From Azolla caroliniana (lineage: Eukaryota > Plantae > Polypodiophyta): a stretch of 64,000 nucleotides of DNA. Position 1 is the stretch's first letter; every line of letters begins with the position of its first letter. The stretch spans positions 12,586,001 through 12,650,000 of the forward strand of contig JBHGNT010000002.1 of the NCBI GenBank assembly GCA_043228905.1, written 5' to 3'. The notes beneath the pieces were generated by a model, which was not told the DNA's origin, did no database searches, and was given only the letters and a program-made list of their open reading frames with translations. Made by a program: the position numbers and the translations under genes. Shown here in pieces: positions 23,195-36,540 of this stretch.

Positions 23195-23410
23195 TTTATC
23201 CCTTATCTTCCCTATATAAACACCTCAAACTCTACATGGTCGTGTGCACTGTTGAGCTCTTTGGGAGTGAAACTAGTTTGCCACATCGACCAATTCTTTG
23301 TATTACCTTTTAAGTTGCTCAATATAAATTACTTTTTAATATCTCTCTCTCTCTCTAATCTTAATACATATTTCTTTCTCTATCCTTTTTTTTCTTTTTT
23401 TATTGTAATT
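19965..23410. repeat. Pyrimidine-rich long tandem repeat (monomer about 1.6 kb, one unit partly deleted)
   Basis: Anchor AAACTAGTTTGCCACAT recurs near 20630, 21663 and 23270; about 19970-20700 matches about 22610-23350. Confidence 0.8.
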
Positions 23411-23447
23411 AACTTACCCTAATGGTAAGTCGTTTACACTACTAAAA

Positions 23448-26400
23448 TGAAAAGAATGACGTGCGGAAGCAAAATAGGAAAAACGAACAACAGAAAACGC
23501 AGGTTTAATGGAAAGCTTAGGTCTTCACTATACGCGCAGGAGAGATAGAGAGAGAGTAACACAAGAACTTAAATTTGAAAAATAATACTCAATCTGTACA
23601 TAGGATGTGCTCAGTGAGCACTTTTATACAAGCCCTGACAGTGGGCTGACACAAGTACTGACAGTACTTGACTGCTCATAAATGAGCCTCGACACTTACT
23701 CCCAAAACTATTCCTTACGAGGAATATCTTTCTAACGGCCTTCTGGTCTACGCATTGATACGGCCTTTCTATGCACCAGTCTGCGTACCGGTTTTTTGCA
23801 CCTAGTCTACGCACTGGTTACGCATCGTATTACGCACAAATGTTCAGCTTGTCTCTCAACAGTCCCCCTCAAGCTCAACTTGAGGTTCCGCCTGCTCTGC
23901 CGAACCTACTCTCCGGCTTCTTCTAGCTCCACGCCTCGCTCGCGCTCCTTGGCCTGTTCAACTCCACGCGCTTCGACCCTTCTGGTCGACTTGTCTACTC
24001 CCACGGCCCTTCACAGATCCCTTGATGTCGCGGTGTTGGCGCTTCTCCTGCTGCCTTCTTTTCCACTTGGCCCTCAGTTGATTCAGTGTATCTGAATCAA
24101 ACATCCGAACCGACTCGGCTACCTCCGATCGGTTTTCGCTCTCGTCCGAGCTCTCATCCGAGTTGGCTGTCTCCAACTCGTCTCCGGTCTTCTCGCTCTT
24201 GACGGCGTCATCTCCCCCATGCCTGGTTGGCTTTGGCTCTTTCTTTCGGCTACTCCCCTTGTGTCCGCTTTCGGACTCTTCCGCAGATCTGCTCTCGGCT
24301 TCTTCAGCCGATCCGAGGTCTTTTCCGCTCCTTTCCTGCTCCCTTTTGTGGTCATCTGGGACGTTTCTCCCCCTCAAGTTCGGCACGTCGAAGTGACGCA
24401 ACCCAACCGCACCCGAAAATTGCCGCAACTTGTCCAGACCAAGAGGCTTGGTGAAGATGTCGGCGGTTTGTCGATCCGTCGGAACATATTGAAGTTCGAC
24501 TGCACCAGAAAGGACACGCTCTCAGACAAAATGGTAGTGCACCTCAATGTGCTTGGTCCGTGCGTGGAAGACGGGGTTATTCGCGAGTTGGATGCTGCTG
24601 AGGTTGTCGCAGTAGATCGTCGTTGGATCGGACACCTCCTCCTGTAGATCCTTAAGTAGCCGCTTCAACCAAATGGCTTCGCATGTTGCGACAGCCGCTC
24701 CTCTATACTCGGCTTCGGTGCTCGACAGTGCAACTGTCGGTTGCTTCTTGCGACTCCACGCTATCGTGGCACTCCCAAGAGAGAACGCATGTCCGGACGT
24801 GGATCGGCGATCGGCGACATTGACGGCCCAGTCGGCATCAGTGTAGCCGACCAACTGCGGGGTTGTATCAGTCTGATATAGTAGTCTGCGGTCCTTAGTG
24901 CCGCTTACGTACCGCAGTACGCGTTGTGCACAGTGAAGGTGCTCCTCGGTAGGTCGCGCCATGAATTGACTGATCACCCCGACTGGATAACTGAGATCGG
25001 GTCGGGTGATGGTCAAGTAGATAAGGCTTCCGACAACTTGTCGGAACCTTGTCGGATCGCAAACCTTGCCGGAATTGGGGCGAAGCTTGACAGTTCTGTC
25101 CAGAGGAGTCGAGACGGACTTACAGTCTGCCATCCCGAATTTGAAGAGCATATTCAGCGTGTAATGACGTTGGCTGATTAGTATGCCTTCGGGGGTGAGG
25201 ATCACTTCGATCCCGAGGAAGTAATGAAGGTCCCCCAGATCCTTCATGTCGAATGATGCCGCAAGCTAGAGCTTCACGCAGTTGATTTCACCTAGGTCGG
25301 CGCTAGTGATGACCAAGTCATCAACATAGAGTAAAATACTGACCGGCCCGAGTCGACCTTTCCGAATGAACAATGAGGAGTCCGATTTTGACGTCGCAAA
25401 GCCCATTCGACGTAGCCGATGCGTGATTTTCGCATTCCAGGCACGCGGGGCTTGCTTCAGTCCGTAAAGGGACTTCTTCAATCGGCATACTGCCGACGTG
25501 TTCGGTCCGGAGTGAAATCCGGGGGGCTGAACCATGTACACTTGGTCCTCAAGCTCACCTTGTAGGAATGCATTCTTTACATCCATTTGATGTAGATGCC
25601 ACCCCTTGGCTGCGGCTACTGCGAGCAAAACACAGACTGTCGTCATCTTTGTGACCGGCACGAACGTCTCATCGTAGTCGATGCCGTGTTTCTGCGCGTA
25701 GCCTTTTGCCACTAACCGGGCCTTGTATCGGTTGACCGAGCCGTCGGTGCTATACTTAACTTTGTACACCCACCTACATCCGATCGGCTTCACACCCTTC
25801 GGTGCGTCAACCAGGTCCCAGGTCTCGTTTTCCGCCAATGCGTGCATCTCTTCCTCCATCGCGGCGCGCCAATTCGCATCCTTCGCCGCTTCTGCATAGC
25901 TCTCCGGCTCACGCACTTCTGCTACAGGGGTCATGTACGCATAGTGATGCGCCATGTACTCATTGTATCCGTACCGCACAACTGGGTTCTTTTGGCGGGT
26001 AGATCAGCGCAATCGGTCATTTGCCGATGTCGAGGTCTTCTCGGCCGATGCGGACTTCGTTCCTGAAGGCTCGTCGCCGCTTCCCTCGAAGTCGGACTCA
26101 CGTCGGTCCACCCGTTCCTATCCGTGCCGGAATCCGACACCTTCTTCTTCCCTTTCTCATCGCGCGTAAGCCGTCTCCTCGGCTTCCTACGCGGGGAATG
26201 CACGGCCGAGTCTCCACTACTCGCCGGCTCTTCATCGGACTGGTCGTACCGAATCAATCGTCCATTCGGTCCACTTAACCGAACCGAAATCGGACTCTCT
26301 TCGGGGGTCCCGATTTCAAGCTCAGTCGGAGGCACCTCGGCCTCGCTGTCCTCATCGTCAGAACTCGGATTGGAGGTGAGGTCCGGAGTCGGAGGCAAGT

Positions 26401-28854
26401 ACCAGGACCTGGACTCATCAAACACAACGTCGCGGCTCACGCGCGGTTGTTTGGTGCGCGGGTTATAGCACTTATAACCCTTCTACTCGTCCGAATAGCC
26501 GACCAAGATACACTTCTCGGCTTTTGCGTCCAACTTCCTCCTTTTCTCCTTTGGCACATGTACATATGCAATGCTACCGAAAACTCGTGAGTGTCGCAAG
26601 TTCGGCTTTGTTCCAAAGTATAGCTCATGTGCCGACACTTTTTCTCCGATCCGGTTCTAGATGTATACAGCGGTTCTTACCGCCTTGGCCCAATAGAACC
26701 TAGGCAAGCTCTTCTCCTCCAGCATTGCACGTGCAACTTCCACAACTGACCGATTTTTTCTCTCGGCCACGCCGTTTTGCTCCGGCGTGTATCTACAACT
26801 GAAATCACGCCGAATTCCCATCTGTTGTAGATAACCGTTGAATTGACCGGAAAAGTATTCTTTTCCGCCATCCAACCGCAGGCACTTGATCTTTCTTCCT
26901 GTTTCCGTTTCCACGAACCCTTTGAGGTCCCGGAAACAGTCGAAGACTTCGCTTTTCCTCTCAATGAGGTAGATCCACGTGTGCTGCATGTAGTCGTCGA
27001 TGAAGGAGACAAAATATCGGCTCCCGCCAAGACTAACGTTTTGTGTCGGCCCCCACACGTCAGAGTGTATCAAGTCTAGCTTATTCCGGCTCCGATTACG
27101 CTCGTTTGGGAAAGGAAGTCGGTGTTGCTTCCCAAGCTGGCAGGCTTCACAAATTTGTGCCTTCCGGCCACTAAATTTGGGCAATCCAAACACCACTTGT
27201 TTTGATTGCAAATCTTGAAGTCGTTGGTAGTTGACATGGCCTATCCGTTTGTGCCATAAGTCGATGTCCGACTCGACTTTTTGTCCCTTCGCGAACATTG
27301 CGGTGCCACCGTCAGTAGAGTCGAGGATAAACATCCTCCCATCTCTGCGCCCTTGCGCAATAATACGGCCTTCTTCCTCAATGAAGCACCCAACATGCGT
27401 AAACCGAACCTGCATCCCCTGGTCGACGATCTGCCCGACCGACACCAAATTCTTCGTGATGGTCGGGACGTGTAACACATTCATAAGTTTCCCTTTCTGC
27501 CCGACATGGCTCAAGGGAACTTCATCGACATTCATGATCGGATGCGGAGTGTCGTCTCCAGTTGCGACTACTCTTGGTTGCGTCGGTTTCTCAAGGTATG
27601 AGAACCACTCCTTATGGAACATCATGTGGTTTGACGCGCCGGAGTTGACATACCACACCTCGTCTGATTTTGGGGTGGACTGTTTCATTGAGTTTGCGTA
27701 CCGACTCGCCTCGTCCGGCACGACCACAGGGCCTTTCTCCCTCCGTGTACAACATCTTTCAATCAGTGTGCGTGCTCGTCGACGCACCTGCGTGGTTCTC
27801 CTCTACCAGGACCATCGACTGTAAGTCGAAAAAGGACGGCGTATTCTCCCGGGTACACACTGCAGTTCGGAACGCCCCGAACTTTGACGCCAAACCCCCG
27901 AGACAGACCTGGACCATCTCGCTTTCCTCGATGTTCACATCGATGGAAGCTAAGGAGTCGCATATGTCCTTAATCCTCAAGGTATAGTTAGCCACCGACA
28001 AATCGCGTTGTCGTAGGTTGCTCAACTCCTGTCGAAGCTAAAGCTTCCTGGTTGTGGTGCTCGCGGCGAAAATCTTCGTTAGATTTTCCCATGCACCCTT
28101 CGGCGTTTTTGCATCCCGAACGTAGCGTACCAGTTGTTCACCCACACAAGACGTGAAGCAGTATAGCACTCTGCTCGCCGATTGTTCCCATGTTGGGAAG
28201 TCTTTGTGTGTCGAATCGGGTGCTATGTCATTTGCTCCATCGACATAGCTCCAGTAACCATGTCCGAGCAGGTACTGGTGCATCTTGTAGGACCAAGATG
28301 CGTAGTTGGTTCTGTCGAGCTTCTCTGTTGGAAGCGAGCTAGCCATTCCTCTGTCCATCGTTTTCCTTGTTCTTCTTCGTTGGTTTTTCCTTCAAGCAAA
28401 GTCAGTTGCAGAGGTTCTCAACCCTCGCGCTCTGATACCATGAAAAGAATGACGTGTGGAAGCAATATAGGAAAAACAAACAACAGAAAACGCAGGTTTA
28501 ATGGAAAGCTTCGGTCTTCACTGTACGCGCAGGAGAGACAGAGAGAGAGTAACACAAGAACTTAAATTCGAAAAATAATACTCAATTTGTTCATAGGATG
28601 TGCTCAGTGAGCACTTTTATACAAGCCCTGACAGTGGGCTGGCACAAGTACTGATAGTACTTGACTTCTCATAAATGAGCCTCGACACTTACTCCCAAAA
28701 CTATTCCTTACGAGGAATATCTTTCTAACGGCCTTCTGGTCTACGCACTGATACGGCCTTTCTACGCACCGGTCTGCGTACCGGTTTTATGCACCTAGTC
28801 TACGCACTAGGTACGCATTGTATTACACACAAATGTTGAGCTTGTCTCTCAACA
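23448..28854 (-). mobile_element. C2: Ty1/copia LTR retrotransposon with both LTRs, decayed ORF
   Basis: 414-bp LTRs 23448-23861 and 28441-28854; TSD TAAAA at 23443-23447 and 28855-28859; PBS TGGTATCAGAGC 28429-28440; PPT GAGGGGG next to 23862. Confidence 0.95.
23958..28358 (-). pseudogene. C2 gag-pol with C-terminal extension after RNase H
   Basis: LDRTNYASWSYKM gag; WYVNSGASNH protease; WHKRIGH, IHSDVWGP integrase; HQMDVKNAFL, LYVDDL RT; YTDADW, TEAEY RH; several stops and frameshifts. Confidence 0.9.
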
Positions 28855-29264
28855 TAAAACTACATCTTGGGTTCGAAACCCAATTTTCTCACCTCTCTAT
28901 TGCACTATATGTATATCTTATTTCAGTAGATGCCATCGGGGAATGTAGGGGTTGAACCCATGAACAACTGGTCTCCATTGGGCTACATTCATCTGGGCTC
29001 TCTCTCTCTCTCTTGTTTCACTCCAGCCATCATTATTTACATTCTATAGCTCATTCGAAAGCTCTTTCAAACAGCTTTCTTAGGAGTGTTCATTTACTAA
29101 ATTCCGTTATCGTGGCGAGAAGTTATGAGCATTTTCGTTCGCATCCATCTTGAACCCACGGCTCCTCAAACGCAAGGTAGATTTTGATGCCCTAAATCAA
29201 GTGAAATGTACATGTTCTCTCTCCCTCTCTCCCTCTCTCTCTTCTCATAGGGTTCAGTCCTACA

Positions 29265-32200
29265 ATGACACACACTTGTAAGGCTGCCTCAAAGTTCGGG
29301 AGTATGATTGATAATGAACCGAAATCACCAACAAATGTTGATTCCAATGCAATAAACACAATGGACAAAATGCTTATGAGTCACTTGATTTCTCTTAAAG
29401 AAACCATAAACAAGCAAGGTGAAGAGATTAGGATGTTAATGAAAGAGAATGCTAAGCTCCAAACTATTGCCAATGAGAATGAAATTCATAAGTGGCTGCA
29501 AAACTTGAAGAAGAGATTCAAGAATGTAAAAGAGCTTCTTTCGAAACAAATGAACGCCTTAATAAGATTGAGTTAAAGGAAGCATTAAAAGAAGAAAAAT
29601 TAGACAAGATGAGGCGGGCTGTAAGTGAGATGAAAAATGTATGTACAACGAAATCATGGGCCGATTTATGTGGTAGGGATGGGGTATCAAATTCATCTAA
29701 TATGCATGGCATCAAGAGAATAATATAGAAAGCATAGATGCCCGAGAATTGAAAGAGCGTGAACGAAGATCAAAGAACATTGTTTATCCGTGGGATTAAA
29801 GAGGAGAGTATGGAAACACCTGCTTCCCTTGGAAAGGCCATTGGTGAATTTTTTAGCATGCATTATGGGATGTCGTATATGGGGCACACCGAGTTGGGAA
29901 ACATGGTGTTACTCACTCCGAAGAAAGGCCCACTGTATGCACAATGACGGATGATGCAAAGTGGCGGATCATAGTTGAAAATAGTTGGGTATACCTGAAA
30001 GGTACACAATGCTTTGTGAATGAAGATCGTACTATCTCACAACAAAATGCCGTCGTCAAGCATATGAAGAAAGATTGAAAAATAAGGCTAAGGATGTGCT
30101 TAAAGATGGAAATGTAGGCAAATAGGGACACGTGACCTATGAGACTAAACCATGTCTTTTACGACTATGTTTTTGGAATTGCAATGGATACCCATGGAAT
30201 GCAGGATTCGGCATAGAGGAGTTCATCTATGACTCGGATATCACACTTCTTGTTGAAACATGGGAGCATGATACTCAAAGGATTCAAGGTTTAGGAAACT
30301 ATAATGTACACTCTTTAATATGGGAGAAAAATCCAAGACAAAGAAGAGGACAAGGAGGGGTGGCATGTTTGATTAAGAAGAAAATAGAGAAATCTGTGTC
30401 AATCGTAAAAAATGATGAACATAAATGCTATATATGGCTCAAAAAAGAAACACCTAATGATTTGCCCACTTTTGTCGTTGGATGTTACATTCCGCATCAA
30501 GATTCTAACTTCTATGCTTGTTTGGATAAAGATCAACCTTTTGCAAATCTAGAAGATGATATAGCTTATTTCAAATCCAAAGGGGCAGTTATTGCCTTTG
30601 GTGACATGAATGCTCGTACAAGAAGTTTCCAACTTGATTCACAAGAATCTTTCATGCCACATATCTGAAGGATGCTAGAGGATATGCAAATTTACAGTCG
30701 ATCTTCTAGCGATGAAAAAGGTCCAGACCAATTTGGGAAACTACTACTACAAATGTGCAATAGTACCGGATTGATTATTGCAAATGGTGTTTCCTTATGG
30801 CCCAATACTAACGGCTTTACATGTGGAAAACACAATGGAAATAGTGTGCTTGACTATGCGCTACTTTCTGAAGGTATTTTGGATCGTATACATATATTCT
30901 CATTGGGGGAATGGACACCGAAATTTGATCTCAAGTTTGTAAGGGAATGGTTACCAAGTTTATAAAGGAAGAATGTGTTGAAGAAGTTGCCATTGGGAAT
31001 GTTGTGATTATGCTTTTGTTATATGTGGATTATGTAGTGCTTTTTGCAAATACTTCAAGAGATGCACAAAAGCTTATGAAAGCATTGGAAAAAATTTGCA
31101 TGCATACTAGATTAAGTGTCAATAGCTCTAAAACAAAGATTATGCTTGTGAAGAGTCAAAAAAGAGATAAATCATGCATTATGTACAACAATGAACCACT
31201 TCAATGTGTGGAAAGCTTCAAATATCTTGGCATTGAAGTTCCTTCAAATCATAAATGGAATGAATGTGCTACACGCCGCTTAGAGGCGGGTAAGCGAGCA
31301 TATTATGCATTTGAGAACACATGCAATCTTGGAGATATTAAGTGTCGTGTCCTCAAGAAATATCTTTTTGACACATTGGTGACCCCGGTTCTTCTCTATG
31401 GGGTGGAAGTATGGGGCAGTAGCATCCCTAAATCTACGTGGAAAGAATTTGAAAATGTCCAAAAGCATTTTCTTACCCCTTGAGACGGGATTGCCCTACA
31501 CCCTCCTCCTCCTTGAGACAGGATCGCTTCCCATTGAGATCATGTCCATGGAATGGGTTGTTGAATACATGATTAAGGTTCAAAAAAGCCCCACATCGAC
31601 TTCCTAGAATTGCATGGGAAGCAAGTAAAAAGATCCAAAAGACGCATAAAAGCAAAATTTTGTGTTCCGGTTGGATGCAAGATTTAGAAAAATGGTTTGG
31701 TAGATGGGATGCAAGACACTTGCTTCATGATGCATCAATAGATTCCTCTGTAAATGAGGCCTTTTTGCAATGCCAATGTATCATGACATGGGAAAAATGT
31801 GGTGGCTCACGCTTCACACATTATACTACAAATGTTGCACCTAACTATAAAACCATATTCTTCGCGGAACAGGGAAGCCATACATATCGATACATGTTAG
31901 AGCCCATCCCGATATCTGCCATTCAAACCATTGCTTTCATGCGACTTAGCTCGCACACATTGAGATGTGAGACAGGGCGTTGGGGCACAAGTGATGAGAG
32001 TGACTGACTATGCACACTTTGCCCTAAACAAGTTCGAGAGTCTGAGTATCACACTTTGATACAATGCTCTGTCTTTGATCATATTCGACCATGCTTTCAA
32101 CATCTCTTCGATCGAGCCCAATCCTTGCACGAATTTCTCTCACAACCACGATGTGCACTCTCAATTGCAACATTCATTGGTAAAGTTCTTGAACATCGAG

Positions 32201-32312
32201 AGTCGCTACTCACCTTCACACGTATCACATGAAATGTAATATTTTTGGTCTCATAGGTTATATTTGACCTCCGAAGAAGATAATATAATCTATCTATCTA
32301 TCTATCTATCTC
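29265..32312 (+). mobile_element. LINE A (APE type, RTE-X/L2/CR1-like), most of RT deleted, (ATCT)n tail
   Basis: Coiled-coil ORF1 pieces 29265-30070; endonuclease FWNCNG, LVETW, GDMNART, VLDY (30132-30930); RT remnant LLYVDY..FKYLG; C-terminal HTLRCETGRW..CTLC..ESEYH; ATCT repeats about 32288-32310. Confidence 0.8.
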
Positions 32313-33240
32313 TCTTTTTGTAAATCAAAGTTTTTTGATGACATACTTCTATCTCCTCTTGGGACAACGTCCCCAAACAACATAGTTGCGAAATTTGCCA
32401 CATCAACTTCCCTTTCATCTTACGGAGTTGTTGTGTTACCCCATGAAGTCCATCAAACACGAACCCATTTCTCATGGTCCAATTACACCACATCCTCCGA
32501 TACCTAAGGTATGTAATGAACCTATGTTTGGCATTTTCCTCAACCGCCGTGCAAAAAAAACATGTCCCATTTGAAATATGTCTACGTTTTAAAGCCATCG
32601 CCAAAGGCAAACCACCAACAATCACACACAAAAGAAACACCTTAGCACGGAATGGAAGATGAGACTGCCATCCTGCATCCAAAACTCTACGCCACCACTT
32701 TGCATGCCGAGTAATGTACCATGTGTCTACAACCTTAGTTTCTAACCAAGCTCTATCTTCAACCAACTTAATATGGTATACATATTAGTGTTCACCACAA
32801 TAATTGATTACCCAATACCAAACGACCAATCTTTCCATGGGTCCGCAACCACCAACTCTGGAAGCAAGAAAACTAATCTAGGCAATGCCAATATTGATTC
32901 CCAAATAAACCCATATCCACGTGGTATATGAAACTTGTGTCTAATTGTTCGAAAGGCCATCATTTTCCTACATGACTCTAATATACCATCTTCCACCGTT
33001 ACCAATCCCAACCTGGCCATTTGATTAAACTGTGTATTTAGGCTTCTATTCCATCCCAATGTATTATCCTTGAAGATGCCAAAACCTCTACTACCAAGGA
33101 ATTAATATCTTTTCTACACTCAAGGAGCCTCTAATGAAATAATTTCAAGCATCGATGCCAAGAAAGCACTAATTGTTGGACCATAATAGATTCTGAACAT
33201 TTAAATGCATGGGTACTATTAACAACATGCCACCACGATG
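32313..33240 (-). pseudogene. LINE B (L1-like) ORF2 C-terminal zf-RVT region
   Basis: WQSHLPFRAKVFL..GGLP..CFFC..ENAKH motif in ORF 32302-32766. Confidence 0.7.
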
Positions 33241-33705
33241 CTGTAATTCTAGTTTCCTCATGGTGGTTCTTGTTAACTCTTAGGGCCGGACAATGGCCTA
33301 ACACAGGGTGTCTACGGAAGACACTTCACCAAAGGGGTGTTACGGCAACAGGATTAGACTCAACAATTAATCCGACTTAATTAGGTTACTTAGCATGATC
33401 GTCCTTAATATTCACCCGCGTAAGATATAACAATGAATGCAAAACGGCAATTAACACAGAGAGATAACAACACTAAGCTTTATTAATTAACCGCTACTCA
33501 TTACATTGTATCCGGGCCTTTAAATAGGTTTCCGGTCTGTAGTACAAAACAGTGCCATCCCCACCTGTTCGAGATCGGTCCGGATCCGGAACGGCATACC
33601 GATTCCGGTCCGTCCGTCCACACTCATAGCTTACTTACAACCATTCCTAACAATTAAATAACTCCCCGTTTCACACTCTGGACTCCTTTGTCGGCCGGTA
33701 ACACA

Positions 33706-33745
33706 TGGCACGCCCGTGGGACAGTACCTTGTACGTCGAATCCAC
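33706..33745 (-). other. G2 tRNA-Arg 3'-end-like motif at the PPT position
   Basis: Element sense: GTGGATTCGA-CGTACAAGGTACT-GTCCCACGGGCGTGCCA, then TG, then the LTR. Confidence 0.8.
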
Positions 33746-33757
33746 ATCCGACCCTTG

Positions 33758-36540
33758 CTATTCTTCGTCCAAAATATCCAAAATGCTTTGTTCGAGATTC
33801 TCCAATGGTTTATTTGGAATTGGTTGTTGTTGTTGTTGTTGTGGTTGTTGCTGCTCTGTTGATGGCTGCTGCGACAGGTCCTTTGGTGGCTGCTGCGGCT
33901 GCTCCTCCGTTTGTTGCTCTGACACAGACTTCTCCGTCGTTGCTCCCTCTGTTGTAGTGGTCTCCGGTTGACTGGTTCCTGCCTGGCCCTCGGCTTGCAA
34001 CGGTTCCTCATCACTAAGGTTAACCGTTGCCGCTTCCCGTGCTTTTTCTTCCCGAACACGGGACCGCTCGTAGCTTTCAAACTGGATTTGAGCGTCCAAC
34101 CTATCATCGTCTAGCTGAGCTACGAGTTGCCGGACCTGCGCCAGCTGTTCATCCGCCAGGACTCGGAAGTCGTCGGCCAGCTCGTCCCGTATGGTGGTGA
34201 AGTCCTCGGAAGTCAACGTGTAACAATCATCTCCTTCCTTCCGCCGGTTTGCCACGTCTGCCCGTAGCAATTGGAGTTCCGCCGCATTTTGTGCCCACTT
34301 TGTCCACCATCTTACGAAGCTTTCGTCAATCAAGCGTTTTGTCTGATTCAACCATGCCCGAAGGATGCACTGAATCCGGCCCGTTCCCAATTGCGATTTG
34401 ATCTCCACCACTTGTCGTTCCTCCTTCAGTTGCTTGATGATTTTGACGTTGTCTTCCACCTGCTCCTTGTAATGAGTCAATTGCCTTTGATATGTGCTTT
34501 GTAATTTCTGCAATACCGTTGACGCTCTCTCTTTTTCTTCCTGCTACTGCCTCTGGAGCTCCATCTGGACCTTCTCCGCCTCGTCCAACCGTCTTGTATT
34601 TTCCACACGTTCGTCAGCGATCGCCGTCGCGGCCCGATCAACTTCCTGCTAGAGCTCGACCATCCGTTCCTTATGCTCCGTTTCCAGCCGTTTGTAGTCC
34701 CGGTGCAGGTGTTCAAAATCATCTGTCTTTTGCTTGAGTCGTGCGTTGATCTGTCGACGGGCCTGGTCCTTGCGGTCCTTCTGCTGGTGGAGCTCTTCCA
34801 TTAGCCGTTCAATTTCCGTTTCCGCCGTCTTCCGCAGCTTGTCCTTTTCCTGCAACTCTTTGTCTTTTTCCTCCCTTAGCCGGTCGTACACTTGATGGCC
34901 TTTCCGGAGGCTCTCCTCTGCCCGGCGGAGGTTCTCAACAGTCTTCTTTAATTCTAATTCAGCCGTTGTCTTCAATTCCCGTTCCCGGCTCCTTAGCGCT
35001 TCTTGTGCGGCAAGTTCATCTCTCAATTCCGCAAGCTCCTGGGCTTGCGCCGCATCTCTCTCTGGAACGGTCTCTGTTGCCAGGGTCTTATTAGTATGTA
35101 CAGGTTTATCTGTTTCTTTATTCTGTACACTTACCGGAGTCACCGGTGATTGGATTTGTGTTGCCGTTAAGGCCATTTTGGCCATCTCTGCCGTGACCTG
35201 ATCCAAGTCTTTTTCAAGGCACCGGATTCTGGACCGGGCCGTCTCTAGTTGTTCGGTTGTGTCGAGCAACTGTTCGCTTTGCGCTCTTTCTTCCGCCTCA
35301 ATATACCCTACTGCTCCGGAAATCTGTTCTCCTATCCACCGGTGTCTTGTTGTTGCATTTGCACGGAGGTTTGACGGATGGGCTTGCTTGAAGAGGGGTG
35401 GTCCCGCCTGATTGCGCCGAGTTGCAATTCCGTTTTTGCCCGTGGACCACCCTGCTATCCTCGTTCCCCTTGCGCTTCTTCTTGGTTGGCCGAGGGAGGC
35501 TGCATTGACCTTTCCGGCTCTGGCGGGATGGGACTTGCCAGTGTTGCCGGTGGTGCAGGGGCTTCTGATTCCGGTGCCATGCGCACCGGTTCCGGTTCCT
35601 CCCTTGGCGTGGGAGTCTCAGTATGGGAAGCCGGTGTTCCCTCCATCTGAGGGTCCGAACGTTTCTCGGCTACCTCAACGGTCCTTGCCGACGACCGTCG
35701 CTGGAGGTGCTCTGTAGGCTCCTCCTCTATTTCCTCTTCCTGAGTCCCGGCATTGAGTTTTGCCACCAAGGGATCCGCTTCTCTATTCACCAGTCGGTGG
35801 AGTGTAACCTTTACGGGCCGTACCGGTGGTTCCTCCTGCGCATCCGTTGGCCGCTTCCGGCTGGCGCTCTCCTTTCCCATATGTTCTGCGTCCGCTGCCT
35901 TCCCCTTAGTGGCCTTAGAGGCCAACAACTGTTGTCTTTTGGAAGCAGTCTTTGAGGTGCCATCCGCCACTCTTCCCCGCTTCTTGGGTTGGACGGTTTG
36001 GACGGGTGGCACAAGTAAGGTGAGCCACTGCGTCACGGCATGCCATATCCTCCGTCCGTCTCGGCCTTCTTTGCCGTCTTTGCCTTTGACGATCTCGATC
36101 GCCGCGCACAAACTGTCTGCGATCAATACCGGCCAATCCACCTTGGTCCCTTCATAGGTGGCAATGATCATCCGTGCCCGGTTCTGCGGCATGACATGGG
36201 GTCTAGGGTACACATGGCCGTATTCGTGGAGCACACGAGCAATCTCGCGGAACATCAGATCTCCGCCGCCCTGTGTCCGGTAGCCCTTGCTGGCTAGGGA
36301 GTACTCACCAAAATACTTGATGAGTTGCTCCGAGGTCGGATTGTCAATCGTGAGTATGCCTCCCTCCGGAAGGCCTGTTAACGCTCGAATCGCCTCCACC
36401 GTTATGACCTCTGTGTCGATTTCTTTGATCACCTTGTCGGCTTCTTTGTGTGGCGGTACCTCCATAATCATCAAGAAGCCCTCGAGCCCGTGTTGCTTTA
36501 GCCATGTCTTGGCAGCTTTCGATAGCGTTTGCGGGTCCAT
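33758..36540 (-). pseudogene. G2 extra 3' ORF (coiled-coil), frameshifted
   Basis: Pieces 35455-36540, 34649-35269 and 33758-34513 align with the G1 ORF (YRTQGG..FxExAR, YEG..DW, RLKQKTxDF, QQAAKLQTLRAD / QNAAELQLLRAD). Confidence 0.85.

Noticed and set aside
20393-23422. Hydrophobic membrane-protein ORFs in the pyrimidine-rich repeat
   Set aside because: The F/L/P/S bias follows from the C/T skew, and frames are not preserved between units.
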